A stretch of 64,000 nucleotides of DNA, from NCBI GenBank assembly GCA_964016885.1, contig OZ024741.1, forward strand, positions 265,422,001 through 265,486,000, in the 5' to 3' direction. The notes beneath the pieces were generated by a model, which was not told where the DNA came from, made no database searches, and worked only from the letters and a program-made list of their open reading frames with translations. Source of the stretch: Eledone cirrhosa (taxonomy: Eukaryota). The translations under genes were made by a program, and so were the position numbers. Shown piece after piece: positions 52,556 to 64,000 of the stretch (positions are counted from its first letter, which is position 1; each line of letters begins with the position of its first letter).

Positions 52556-55420
52556 ATAACGATGGGATCCATGGACTCTGCTCAAGTTACAGACCTCGTT
52601 GGACTATTTTTCCTCTATAATATTCATTCCTCTTTTCCCCCCTCAAAGGTGGTCTTTATCGGGATGATTGTCTATTGATATCTAACAATCTTAGCAATTC
52701 TAATATAGGGAAAAACAAAAAAAAAATTAGAAAATTCCTCAAGGACTATAACAACCTTAATATCACCTTTGAAAACACCTCAAAAGTAGCTAACTTCCTT
52801 GACATTACCTTAGACTCTCTACAAATATTTATCAACCTTACCACAAACCCAACCAGAATCTACACTATGTACATTCACGCTCTAACCACCCTGGCTCTAT
52901 ACTAAAAAACTTAGTATACAACATATCTCTTAGACTTTCTAAATTATCTTCCAAGGAGGATATATTTTATAAAAATGCACCCTTCTACAACGAGGCCCTA
53001 ACTAGAAGTGGATATAAAGAAAAAATTTCATATATCCCCAACACTACTATGGACCATACTACAAAACCTAGCAAAATCTACAAACACCAAAAAATACCAT
53101 CAAAACAAATGCCTAATGGGGTCATTCCTATCACACCAAACAACCGAAAAACCACAACTATTACTACACGCTCTATGACCAATGTTAACAACTCACATAT
53201 GACTACCAAACATTCAACCTCTCATAATCTACCCAATAATAACACCAAATACAACCACTGCAATTTACCAAATTCCACAAATACAAATACTAACCATAAG
53301 AACTCTTCTAGAACACATCACATTAATATAAGTGAGAATAAGAACTGAACTAAAAACCGCAAAAGAAACATAACATGGTACAACGCACCTTTCAACCTGC
53401 AAACTATTGGACAAATCCCAAAAAAATTCTTAAAAATTCTACATAAACATTTTCCACCAAACCACAGATACCACCAAATATTTAACAGGTATACTGTTAA
53501 ATTCTCATACTCTACATCAAACAATCTCCAACAGAAAATAAGCAACTACAACATTTATAAATTTAAAATTAATATGACCACCCCACCACAACATAATTTA
53601 AATATGACTGCACCTTTTAAAAGGACAAATAATACAATTCTTCAACCTGGAAAACACGACCACCCAAATCACCAACACAAAAACAACATAACACAAAATC
53701 ACAATACAACCCGAGCACTAGCACTCATTCTCTCTCTAACATTAATTACAATAAGAATAGCTCCAGGATTCATGAGAATTATGTAGGTACCTCCAACAAC
53801 CATCTTACATATGGTTGTAATTGCAGAAATAGAAGCGTTTGCCCCTTTAATGGCAACTGTTTGATTAATAATGTAATATATAAATGCACCGTGTCTACTA
53901 CTGACTCCAACAAATCGTATATAGGATCTACATCGAACACATTTAAGAAAAGATATTATGCACACTCCAGTAGCTTTAACAATACTAAACAGCTAACACC
54001 ACATCTTTAGCTGAAGCAGTAAATAACTATAAAAAGAAAAAAATAGATTTCAGGCTATTGTGGGATACTATTCTACAAAGAACTCCATATCTTGGGAACA
54101 GGAGAGAATGCAGATTATGTTCTGGTGAGATCTTGGAAATTACTAAATCTAAGGACGATTTATTGAATAAAAGACAAGAAGTCATTATAGCTTGTAATCA
54201 CTGTATACAAAAACATTTAAGTACTATAAACCTAATTAAACATTCTAAATAGCAGCTCACTATAGCTCTATGCGACGTACCTTTTTGCTAGTATCCCCTT
54301 CTCCTAATTATACGCCTTCCTGTTAATTTTTTAGCTTCCATAGATTTATGCGTTACTGACTTAGGGCATCAAGGTACATAACCACCTGTAATCGCATGGG
54401 TATACATGTATCTATGTATGTATGTATGATAAGAGAATATATATATATATGTGTGTATGTGTATTTATGTGTGTGTATATGTGTATATGTATGTATATAT
54501 ATATATATGTGTGCGTGTATGTATGTATATGTATACGTATATATCTATGTATGCGTATGTATATGTATACATATATATCTATGTATGCGTATGTATGTTT
54601 TTAATAGAGTATCTATGTAATTATACCTCTATCTATATATGTGAGTATATGTACTTTTGTGATCTAAGAAAATTATGCGTTTTGGCTATATGTCAACATG
54701 CATTTATCTGGGATTGATTACTTATACATAGACCCACTTGATTTACTATTTTATATTTTATGATGCATCATACGCTATACTATACTATATACAATGTACC
54801 ATACTGCACTATATTATATTATATTATATTACATTATATTATATTATCTTATTATAATTTTCATCTTTTAATATACTATTCTTCCTAGTTATGACCATTA
54901 ATTTACCTATCTATATTTATTCTAGTTATTTCCGTATATTTTATATTTCTTTATTTATATTCACCTTAAAACCCCATACAACACAACTCAACATAATTTT
55001 TACATCCCTTTTTAAACTTCGCTCCACCATCTACATTCTACTATCAATATAACAATCCCTTTTATTCATAGGTTCTTCATAGTAATTCTATTTTTAACAC
55101 CATTCAACCATTCCTTTCAAAAGGTCATGACCTTAACTAAAATGAGTTATATTTCGTCTTAACATCATATGGCAAAACACCATTTGATTGGTTTGTTCTT
55201 CAGCTACCTCCAATTTACTATTGATTTTGAATAACATTTTCATTGCTTTTGACAACGGTTGATGATATACACGTAGGTAAATATATTCCTTATTTGATAT
55301 TTTGTAACTTAACTTACATAGATCGATAACAAAATATGCGTACAATGTATTATCACCTAGAAACGATCGTAAAGCAGTGAAGTATATTCCTAATGACTTG
55401 AATTTTTATTTCATTGTTTT
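52556..55420 (+). mobile_element. 5'-truncated Penelope-like retroelement (Naiad-like): RT and GIY-YIG endonuclease pseudogene plus 3' UTR
   Basis: MGSMDSAQVTDLVGL, GLYRDDCL, NFLDITLD, YHKPN..YVHSRSNHP, RKRNITWYNAPF, CNCRNRSVCPFNGNCL..VIYKCTV, YIGSTSNTFKKRYYAH, CRLC..E..LLNKRQE..CNH; frameshifts and stops present; ORF ends 54252. Confidence 0.9.
55241..55379 (+). ncRNA. Degenerate hammerhead at the 3' end (pLTR) of the Penelope-like element
   Basis: cattgctt-TTGACAA-[~100-nt stem II]-GAAA-cgatcg-TA-aagcagtg: 8-bp stem I, palindromic ACGATCGT, GUA site; two core mutations. Confidence 0.65.
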
Positions 55421-55427
55421 AACTTAT

Positions 55428-55762
55428 ATCATCATCATCATTTCATTTCATTTCATTTTACGTCAGCTTTTCCCTGCTTGCAAGGGTGGGACGGGAACTG
55501 ATTCTGGCTTGATTTCTACAGCTGGATGCCCTTCCTAACACCAACCTCATTTACAGTGAGTGCTGGGTGCTTTTTTGCTGTGGCACCTTTTTGCAGTGGA
55601 ATGATATGGACCCCAGTCCCTATCATCTCATTTCTACAGCTGAGTAAACTGGAGCAATGTGAAATAAAGTGTCTTGCTCAAGGAAACAACACATCTGAGA
55701 ATTGAACTCACAACCTTTCGATTGCAAGGCCAATGCTCTAACCACTAAGCCATGTGCCTCCA
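55428..55762 (-). mobile_element. SINE family B with RTE tail
   Basis: Near-identical to 9140-9490. Confidence 0.85.
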
Positions 55763-56570
55763 TATATATATATATTCTTTTGGAAAATGTAGGGATCCTA
55801 AATGCAGAAAATAACTGTCACAACAGTCAGTTGTTATCAATAATAACATAGAAACTAAGGTAAAATACCCTGTTGACAGAAAAAAGTGACTAGTAGTAGC
55901 ACTTCTTTTTCCAGCCAAAGGGCTATTTTACCTGTTTTTTTTTAAAGTTATTATTTATAGTAGTTGGCTTGTGTATGTAGGGGTTCCAGTGTTGGGACAC
56001 TCACCATCGAAATTGACTAAGGTCCATTCCAATATAAGATGGGCTGTTGTGGATGATATTGTTATTTTTTTTTTAAATTCTGAACACATTGTAACTTAAT
56101 GTTTAATCTAGTAGCCATTTTATAGTTTGTCAACTGGAACACTCATTGACAAAACCAATGGATGTCCATTCTATTGTTAAATATCTTGTTGAGGGTATAT
56201 TTTTGTTGTGGTAGTGTATTTGTAATGGCATATGGCTAAATGGTTAGGATGTTGGATTAAATATAATGTCATGCGTTTGATTCCTAAACTGGGTTGTTTG
56301 TTATGTTCTTGAGCAAAACACGTCATTTCATTTTGTTGCTGTGTACTCAGCTTAAAATAAGGACCAGTGGTAGTTGGGGGGTTTAACCATCGATGGACTG
56401 GCTTCTTGTCAAGAGGAGTTCTAATACTTTTAGTTACTTAACACCAAGGAAACTTGGATAAGCACCAGCCTGATGAGCTGGATGTATAGAAGCAGAATGG
56501 GCCTTCCTAACAATTAAAATTTTTGGTATATTCATATTGCTTATTATAAATCTTTGTATAATTGCTAGAG

Positions 56571-57464
56571 CAGGGATCTCAAACTCCGAGTCAAAAGAGC
56601 CATTACATTCTGGGAGAAAGGCACAAGCCAAAGGTGAGATGAGGAATGGTGTTGGTGGAAGAGGGAGTGTGGTTATTTCCACCAGTTACAATGCTAATCT
56701 GCAATACAATTTGTTTTTTTTCATCAAAACAAATATATATATGATAGTAAGTGGGATATGTGAATTAGTACAAAATGTAGGGAGACAAATTTTCCTTAAT
56801 TCTGTTTTTACTTTTGGTAAATTCCCTAGGGAGAGACAGTTAGATTCTGAAAATTGGTAATCTGCATTAGATTGGTGAGTTAAGCTTAAACCTTTCATGG
56901 CCATATTTCTAATTCAATATCTCTAGTTCAATTAGTTAATGAAGAATTTTGAGGGATTTACTAAACTTATCGATTATTTCATTACTAAGATAGTAACTTA
57001 ATGTAAGGTTCTTATAGAAAATTGTTGGAAGATTTTAATTTAAGAAAGAATCACTGGATATATTTTACAGGCAAAATCAACTGGCAGGAGACCCAGAGCA
57101 AGATGGTTGGATACCATCAATGAGCTCGACTGGGGGATCCAGCTGGACCAGTTGGAAACAGTTGCTTCTGACAGGACCTGCTGGAAGGTGTGTTTGAGGA
57201 CTCTGCCACCACGAGCCCCTCAGTTGTAAGTGGGCAAAGAAGATTTTAATTTAAATTTGAAACCTTTAAAATGGGTGGTTTTCTTTCACAGTATCAGAGC
57301 CAGTTTTGGCTGGGTTGGTAACAAAAGGGTTGGTACTGCAAGGGTATGGAAGGAGCAAGGGACAAATTACCAGGTTTTAGGAAAATACTAGTCACAAAAA
57401 TTGTTCTACCATGGGCCATAAAAAAGTAATTTGTGGCTTGCAGGCTCCGAATTTGAGAACCCTG
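56571..57464. mobile_element. hAT/Charlie-type non-autonomous element containing nested insertions
   Basis: TIRs CAGGGATCTCAAACT / AATTTGAGAACCCTG; 8-bp TSD TGCTAGAG / TGCTAGAA. Confidence 0.8.
57044..57238 (+). mobile_element. RTE family 2 3' end with 16-bp TSD
   Basis: Matches 14420-14630; TSD GAAGATTTTAATTTAA at 57028-57043 and 57239-57254, inside a P2 MITE (56890-57329). Confidence 0.85.
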
Positions 57465-57779
57465 TGCTAGAATGTCTGCTGTAATATTTTTCCTTATTTC
57501 TTCCTTCCATTTTTTTTTTCTCTATTGGTTATACATTTATTTTATAATACTCATGTGTTCCTGAATATTTTTGTTACTGTGTAGCATGCATATAATACTT
57601 CGCAATTTCTATTTTAAATTAGCTTTTATTTTTTGAAGCTGACATTAAAAGATGGGTCTTTTTGATTGGAGTTAACATTTACAAGGAACTACATGTTATT
57701 GTTTGTTATTATAATTAATGATAATAGTTATTGTTGTTATTATTATCATTATTATTATTATTATTGTTGTTGTTATTGT

Positions 57780-58008
57780 GTGTAGTCACTGCATTACCAC
57801 CAACCACATCTCTGTGCAACTTTGGTATTTGCAATGTTATTTCTATTGTATTGAGAGTATACTTTGTAATATGTGTGCAGTGCCTCGTAGTGCTATTGTC
57901 TGTATGCTGTATATATTTGTAAGTGCTGGGGTTTCGGTTATGTATCTGTTAGTGTTTTTTTTTATCATTCACAGAGCATCTATTATGATAGGGATTGTTT
58001 CTGTTTAA
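57780..58008 (-). mobile_element. R4/Dong-like 3' fragment
   Basis: Minus strand TIPIIIDAL*MIKK..IQTIALRGTAHILQSILS; adjoins a (TAA)n-like tract. Confidence 0.55.
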
Positions 58009-58500
58009 GGTTGGACGCCATGCTTTGCTACATAGAGTTACACCCCTTTACAGTCTGAGTTCAAATCTCACCGAGGTTAACTTTGCCTTTCATCCTTACA
58101 GGGTCGAGGCAGTATCGGTAGAGCGTCAGAGACTATGCTTTGCAGCATAGGAGTTATGGCCTTTTATGTTCTCAGTTCAAATCCCACCAAGTTAACTTTG
58201 CCTTTTATCCTTACAGGGTCGATAAAATAAAGCACCAGTAATACACTGGGGTAATTGCTGGCCTTGTGCCAAAAGTAGAAACATTATTATTATTATTGTT
58301 GTTTCTTTGCGGTGGATTGGCAGTATCGGTAGAGGGTCGGACGCCATGCTTTGCAGCATAGAGTTGCGGTCCTTTATGGTCTGAGTTCAAATCCCGCCGA
58401 GGTTAACTTTGCCTTTCATCCTTACGAGGTCGATAAAATAAAGTACCAGTAATGCACTGGGTAATTGCTGGCCTTGTGCCAAAAGTAGAAATAATTATTG
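58008..58500 (+). mobile_element. SINE family A array (~3 copies)
   Basis: Same unit as 1-705. Confidence 0.85.
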
Positions 58501-58504
58501 TTTC

Positions 58505-58710
58505 TTTGCTCAGCTTTTAATGCTGAAGATGTGTTACAGCGTTAGCTGTTCCCTACCAGTGAACTGAGGTAACACCCCATATTTTTTGAGTACTCTCCAA
58601 TGTATTCGAGCTGTTCCAAGCAATGCTGCTTTTTGTAAGTGTTCCATCCATATTGCAATCCCTATTTGTTTAATGTACTTTTCAAGATCTCTACTCACTG
58701 TTCCCAAGAA
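58505..58710 (-). mobile_element. R4/Dong-like 3' fragment
   Basis: Minus strand LGTVSRDLEKYIKQIGIAIWMEHLQKAALLGTARI; flanked by (ATT)n. Confidence 0.65.
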
Positions 58711-58937
58711 TTATTATTATTATTAATATTATTATTATTGTTATTATTATCATCATTATTATTACAGTATTATAATTAATGATAAAAATTATTTTTTTAG
58801 TGGCCACAATGGCCCAAAAGGACAAAAACACCACAAAGTGGGGTTTACATCAAGTAAACAAAACTAAAGAAAAATGGGACATCACCAAAGGGAAAACGAT
58901 AGGAATAACACTAGAAATCGTAATATATATATATATA

Positions 58938-59525
58938 CTAGCAGTGGTACCCGGCGTTGCATGGGATAAGGTATTTTGGAATGCGGGCCGCCAACAGACC
59001 TAATCGTGGAAAAACTGCATGCCTGGACAATATGTAAAGAAAATAAACCAAATTTTCTGATGGCTGGATAATCTTTAAGATTTTCCTCAATGAAGAAGGA
59101 AAAATGCAGGTTATCACCTAATGCAGGCTCTAGTGGATCAAGAAAATGAATTTGTTTTTATGTGCATAATATGCCTTGAAATTTCGGGAAAATCGGCTAG
59201 ACGTAACGCCTCAGAAAAGCCTGAAAAGCTGAAAAAATTAAGTTTTTCACCTAATACGGGCCCTAGCCATAAAAAAGTTGCATTTTCTTTGCTCATGGTA
59301 TGAAGAAGAGACTGACTAATACATAGTTACAATTTCAAGGAAATCGGTCTGACATAACGCCTCAAAAACCCCTAAAAAGCTGGAAAAAACAGTTTTTCAC
59401 CTAGGGGATCAAGAAAATGGATTTTTTTATGTGCATAATATGCCTTGAAATTTCGGGAAAATCGGCTAGACGTAACGCCTCAAAAAAGCCCTAAAAAGAC
59501 ATCCTCAGTTTTATATATATATATA
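58938..59525 (-). mobile_element. Second non-autonomous Helitron-like family
   Basis: Minus-strand end CCCATGCAACGCCGGGTACCACTG-CTAG|T; 5' end (TA)n-AAAACTGAGGATGTC; internal ~85-bp direct repeats at ~59135 and ~59407. Confidence 0.7.
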
Positions 59526-59527
59526 TA

Positions 59528-59811
59528 TTAGGTAGTAACATGTGCTTATGCCGTATTTGACTAAATAGAATTAGTCTGTTAGTTGTGATTTTTAAAAACC
59601 CTCTGAATGGAAAAAGGATGAGTATTGACGTACATGGGAGACTAACCCACATCTTTGGTAACACATTGGTCTGGCAAACCAAAGATGTGGGTTCGTGTCC
59701 CATGGACGTCAATATTCATCCTCTTTTCCATTCAGAGGGTTTTTTAAAAATTCCAACTAACAGACTAATTCTGTATAGTCAAATACGACATAAGCACATG
59801 TTACTACCCAA
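59528..59811. repeat. ~284-bp inverted repeat with a partial tRNA-like module at the apex
   Basis: Arms of ~130 bp, spacer 59660-59677; plus strand TGGTAACACA-TTGGT ctGGCaa ACCAA-AGAT-GTGGG ttcgtgt CCCAT-GGACGTC-A, then TTTT 12 nt later. Confidence 0.85.
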
Positions 59812-60129
59812 TTTTCAAAGTCGCTAACCATTTCTAAACAAAGCTTGCTTTGTGTCTCCCTATTTACACACACACACACACACTCACACACACACACTGT
59901 GTGTGTGAAGGTAGATAAGGTTTTGTTTATGTATATCAGGAATGACTGCTTAAACAAGAGAATTTGACTCGGTATCTTTTGAATCGTATAGCATAAATAT
60001 CCAAGAGGCGAATATGGTATATAGGTCCAAAAGAGATCACGGAGTATATTAATATAAGCAGGTATTGCACCAAGAAAAATATAAACGGTATGAAGGAGAT
60101 TAGGAATTTATTAGGAATTTATTTGGGCA

Positions 60130-60505
60130 ATACACTGAAATAGAGTAGAAAGAAATTAACATACAAATAACAATGAACAAAAGAATTACAACAATGAAAA
60201 TTCCCTAATAGGAGTAGGACCACCCAGAGGTGACCTAGGAGCCCCACAAATCATAAACCACCTGCCTGACACTTGAAGAGCACCCTCGGAGGGCACCCCT
60301 CTTCTCGCTAAATCAACCAGCCTACAGGTGCATGCTCAGAGTAGGCCCATTCACATGGGCCATTTTTGCACCATCACCCACCTTTTAACAACAAATGTAC
60401 TGGGGGGCAGCACTTCTTTCTCCACCCTCACCTTCCTTTCCAAGTGAAACTTAAAAAAGTTGGTGAAGGATTGGCTGAAGAGAAGTGTCTGTCTTCAGTC
60501 CTTTC
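60130..60505 (-). mobile_element. Possible L1/Tx1-like LINE 3' fragment
   Basis: Minus strand reads roughly LKGLKTDT..NFFKFHLERKVRVEKEVL..F..RW followed by a T-rich UTR; family assignment from memory only. Confidence 0.35.
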
Positions 60506-60507
60506 AA

Positions 60508-61200
60508 ATAATAATAATTGTTTCTACTTTTGGCACAAGGCCAGCAATAATCCTAGTGTATTACTGGTACATTATTTAATCGACTCCGTCAGGATGAAAG
60601 ATAAAGTTAACCTCGGCGGGATTTGAACTCAGATCATAAAGGGCTGTAACTCTGTGTCAAAGCATGGCGTCCTACCCTCTAATAATGATTTCTACTATAG
60701 ACACAAGGCCAGCAATTTGGGAGGAGGGGAAAGTCGATTAAATCGAGCCCAGGGCATTACTGGTACTTTATTTTATCGACTCCGTAAGGATGAAAGGCAA
60801 ATCTAACCTTGGCAGGATTTGAACTCAGAATATAAAGGGCCATAACTCAATGTAACAAAGTATGTTGGCCAACGCTCTACTGATACTACCAATCCATCGC
60901 CCTCATGATAATGATTTCTACTATAGGCACAAGGCCAGCAATTTGGGGTCAGGATCAATTAAATCGACCCCACTGCATTACTAGTGCTTTATTTTATCAG
61001 TAATAATAATTGTTTCTACTTTTGGCACAAGGCCAGCTATAACCCCAGTGCATTACTGGTATTTTATTTTATCGACCCCGTCAGGATGAAAGGCAAAGTT
61101 AACCTTGGCGGGATTTGAACTCAGAATACCAAGGGCCGTAACTCAATGCTGGAAAGCATGGCGTCCGACCCTCTACCGATACTGCCAATCCACCGCCCTT
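60508..61200 (-). mobile_element. SINE family A array (~4 copies)
   Basis: Same unit, copies joined by (TAA)n. Confidence 0.85.
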
Positions 61201-61493
61201 TTTTCAGTAATAATAATAATAATTGTTATAATGATAAAAACAAAGTAAAGAACAAAATGTCAGCATCTTCCAAGATGGTTGTGTGATATATCTCTTTCAC
61301 TCTTTCTCACTGTTTCTCTCTCTCACTCTTACTCTTTGTCTCTCTCTCTCTCCCCTTTTTTTTCAGACAAACCAACAGAAATATTGATGGACCATTGCTA
61401 GCTGGAAAGTTCCATTTGAATCTTCAGCTGAAGTTTTAGTTTTGTTGTTTGTCTGTCTGTGTGTGTGTGTGCCTGTGATCTTTTTTATTTCTT

Positions 61494-61536
<43 letters not shown>

Positions 61537-61764
61537 CATACATACATATAATATATATAATATAATATATATATATGATTATTTATTTTTGTTTCATCTT
61601 TGTCAATTCCACCTTCAACTTCAGCGGAGATTTAATGATGAGGTTTGTTTGTTTTTTATCTGTTCATCTCTTACTTTCTGTCGTCTTGAAATTTGGTGTT
61701 AGTGTTTACCATTGAATTGGTTGTCTGCGTATGTTTGTGTAATGATTATTTATATACATATATA

Positions 61765-62250
61765 TCATCATCATCATCATCATCAACGTTTAACGTCCGT
61801 GTTCCACGCTTGCATGGGTTTGGACGGGGGTATTCCCACTTGAGACAAGAGTGATTGTCTTGGTCGCATAGGACTGTCTGGCAGGTTTTCTACAGCTGGA
61901 TGCCCTTCCTAACACCAGCCACATTTACAGTGTGGGTCTGGGAGGTTTTTACCGTGTTGTCTACACGGCCACATTACAGCGTGGACTGTGTGTTTTTTTG
62001 TCATGACACCTACACGATCTCATTTGTTTCGGCCTGGATGGTGTGGCACCAACATAACTTTACATTGGAGGGGGTTGTGTGGATGGGGTGGGGTGAGCGG
62101 GACGGGGTGTATTTTGTTAGAGATGCCTACTGGCTGTAGTAGGTTTTACTATGTATTTAGGTAAGGCGGGTCTTCTCTGTTACTGAGTACCGCCAAAGGT
62201 CTCGGTCCAGTGACATTGTCTTGGAGAGGTGTAAGTGTGTGAGGTCGGAG
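61765..62250 (-). mobile_element. RTE 3' end and UTR (subfamily 1b)
   Basis: Reverse complement of 30344-30783 with a ~25-bp indel. Confidence 0.85.
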
Positions 62251-62329
62251 TTTATATATATATATACAGAGCTTCTGTTACAGTTTTGGGATGGGTCGCT
62301 TAAGAATGTATACTGTACATGTGTATCAT

Positions 62330-62660
62330 TGGATTGGCAATATCAGTAGAGGGTCAGACGCCATGCTCCACAGAATAGTTACGCGGCTTTACGGTCTGAG
62401 TTCAAACCCCATTGAGGTCAACTTTGCCTTTCATCCTTACGGGGACGATAAAATAAAGTACAATCAGTTTCTGGGGTCGATTTAATCGACTTTCCCCTCT
62501 CCAAAATTACTGGCCTTGTGCCTCTATAAGAAACCATTATTATTATTAGTTCAGGTTAACTTTGCCTTTCATCCTTACGGGGTCGATAAAATAAAGTACC
62601 AGTAATGTACTGAGTCATTGCTGGCCTTGTGTCAAAAAGTAGAACCAATTATTATTATTA
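62330..62660 (+). mobile_element. SINE family A (two copies)
   Basis: Same unit. Confidence 0.8.
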
Positions 62661-62986
62661 GCTCACACATTTTTATTACCAATACGAGACTAAGATAGAA
62701 ATTAAAAATATGATCAGGGTAACATATTTAGAGCCAATAGAAAATCAGTATAGTGAAAACCAAAGCAGAAGTATATTGAAACAAATTACTGGAGGAGTTT
62801 AAGCCCCTTAGCGTCGGAAGGTGTGATATAATTAAAAGACCATGTCCACAGCATTCTGCATTCTCTAAAAAATGTTCCAAAACACAAAGATTAAAGTTCT
62901 CTCCCTTACTTACTTCTCAGTATTAATTTTCAAATTGCAAGAATAGTATCAGTCAATTTAACTTGTATGTTGTGTGTGTATGTGTG

Positions 62987-63297
62987 CAGGGTTGGATTTA
63001 GATCTTGGGGTCCCCTTGGGCACTTCAGGTTTCGCCCCCCCCCCCCCCCCCCCCCCCCCACCACAAAATTAGAATACACAGCGAACCCCCCAATTTTATA
63101 TATCAAAGTTAGCTCTGGCGCATTGGAATTGAAAATTTATACATATAAGTATTAAATTCAAAAATTCTAACCATCCTAAAATTACAAAGCCCAGCTGAAG
63201 GGACAAATAAATTGCTATGACCATCACTGGTGGGGGCCTCTCACTGCAGGGGGTCTGGGGCAATTGTCCCTTTTGTCTCTCATAAAATCTGGCCCTG
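62987..63297. mobile_element. Probable hAT-type MITE
   Basis: Imperfect TIRs CAGGGTTGGATTT / AAATCTGGCCCTG; TSD not clear. Confidence 0.5.
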
Positions 63298-63409
63298 TGT
63301 GTTTATCTGTGTTTATGCGTGTGTAAAATTTAGAAATGTTTTCCAAAGAGAAGTGGAAAAAATCATGGTTGAATAAGATATTCAATATAAAGAATGTACA
63401 TGATTTATT

Positions 63410-63507
63410 TCATATAGAAATGACTTGTACAGGACTAGAACTGTTTCATTCCTGATGATTTCAAACAAATGAAACAGTTTTACTCCTGTAGAAGTAATTT
63501 CTATATG
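63410..63507. repeat. Short fold-back element with a hammerhead-like core
   Basis: ATAGAAATGACTTGTACAGGACTAGAACTGTTTCATT / AATGAAACAGTTTTACTCCTGTAGAAGTAATTTCTAT with CTGATGA in the loop; relatives at 10095-10165 and 49138-49195. Confidence 0.6.
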
Positions 63508-64000
63508 CCCCGTCTTGATATACAGTGTTTTTTGGCATTTTAAAACCCGATGGGTGCCCATCTCCTCTCCAAGTCTGAATAAAGCAGATTTTTTCCAGAG
63601 AAGGATAAAGAGAGTGAGAGAATATAAGTGAGAAAGAGATATAGAGGAAGAATCATCTCCAGTACTAGACTGGTACTTTTTGATCGACTTTGAAAGGAAG
63701 AAAGACAGTTGACTTCGGCAGGATTTGAACTGAGAGAGCAGATAGTTGAAATGAATACCGTAAAGCATACTATCCGACATTCTATCGACTCTACACCAAT
63801 AAATACAAACACTAAAATCCAGAGAGAACTCAATAAGAGTTGTATATATAGAGAGATATGAAATGAAATACACACACAGTTCAAGAATAAACAAGACAAA
63901 CAGAAAGATGTAAAAACAGATTCTTATTAGATTCGTGCTTGGGAATGAAGATAAAGAAAAAGGCAACAGGAAGTAAATAAATGTTTCAACATATCGGACA

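Noticed and set aside
53346-53348. In-frame TGA in the Naiad-like ORF as possible selenocysteine
   Set aside because: Lies in a basic linker rather than at a conserved Cys, in a copy with several other disabling mutations; CGA-to-TGA decay is simpler.
59655-59711. Functional tRNA-Ala(GGC) gene
   Set aside because: The 5' acceptor strand and most of the D arm are missing; kept only as a tRNA-like module.

Overview
AT-rich, repeat-saturated animal DNA (intron or intergenic). The SINE, RTE-LINE and microsatellite make-up looks like an octopod cephalopod genome (inference). I can support no host protein-coding exon; nearly all ORFs in the track are microsatellite artefacts or transposon remnants. 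The window holds tandem arrays of tRNA-derived SINEs, three RTE-type LINE families (one with a PHD-like finger inside its RT), R4/Dong, CR1 and Tx1-like 3' fragments, a 5'-truncated Naiad-type Penelope-like element (RT + GIY-YIG), non-autonomous Helitrons, piggyBac/hAT/Tc1-type MITEs, satellites and a 200-N gap. The main unannotated signal is about ten minimal type-I hammerhead ribozyme motifs (CUGANGA-stem II-GAAA, mostly with a palindromic stem III, then NUH). Six lie as divergent pairs in three long DNA palindromes of unrelated sequence (27.1, 38.1 and 52.1 kb) in or beside (TA)n-rich tracts. A second palindrome family (10.4 and 59.5 kb) folds back within a tRNA-like module instead. Together these suggest a population of small fold-back, RNA-processed non-autonomous Penelope-like retroelements. 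All motifs were read by eye; coordinates of degenerate elements are approximate and no database or folding search was run.
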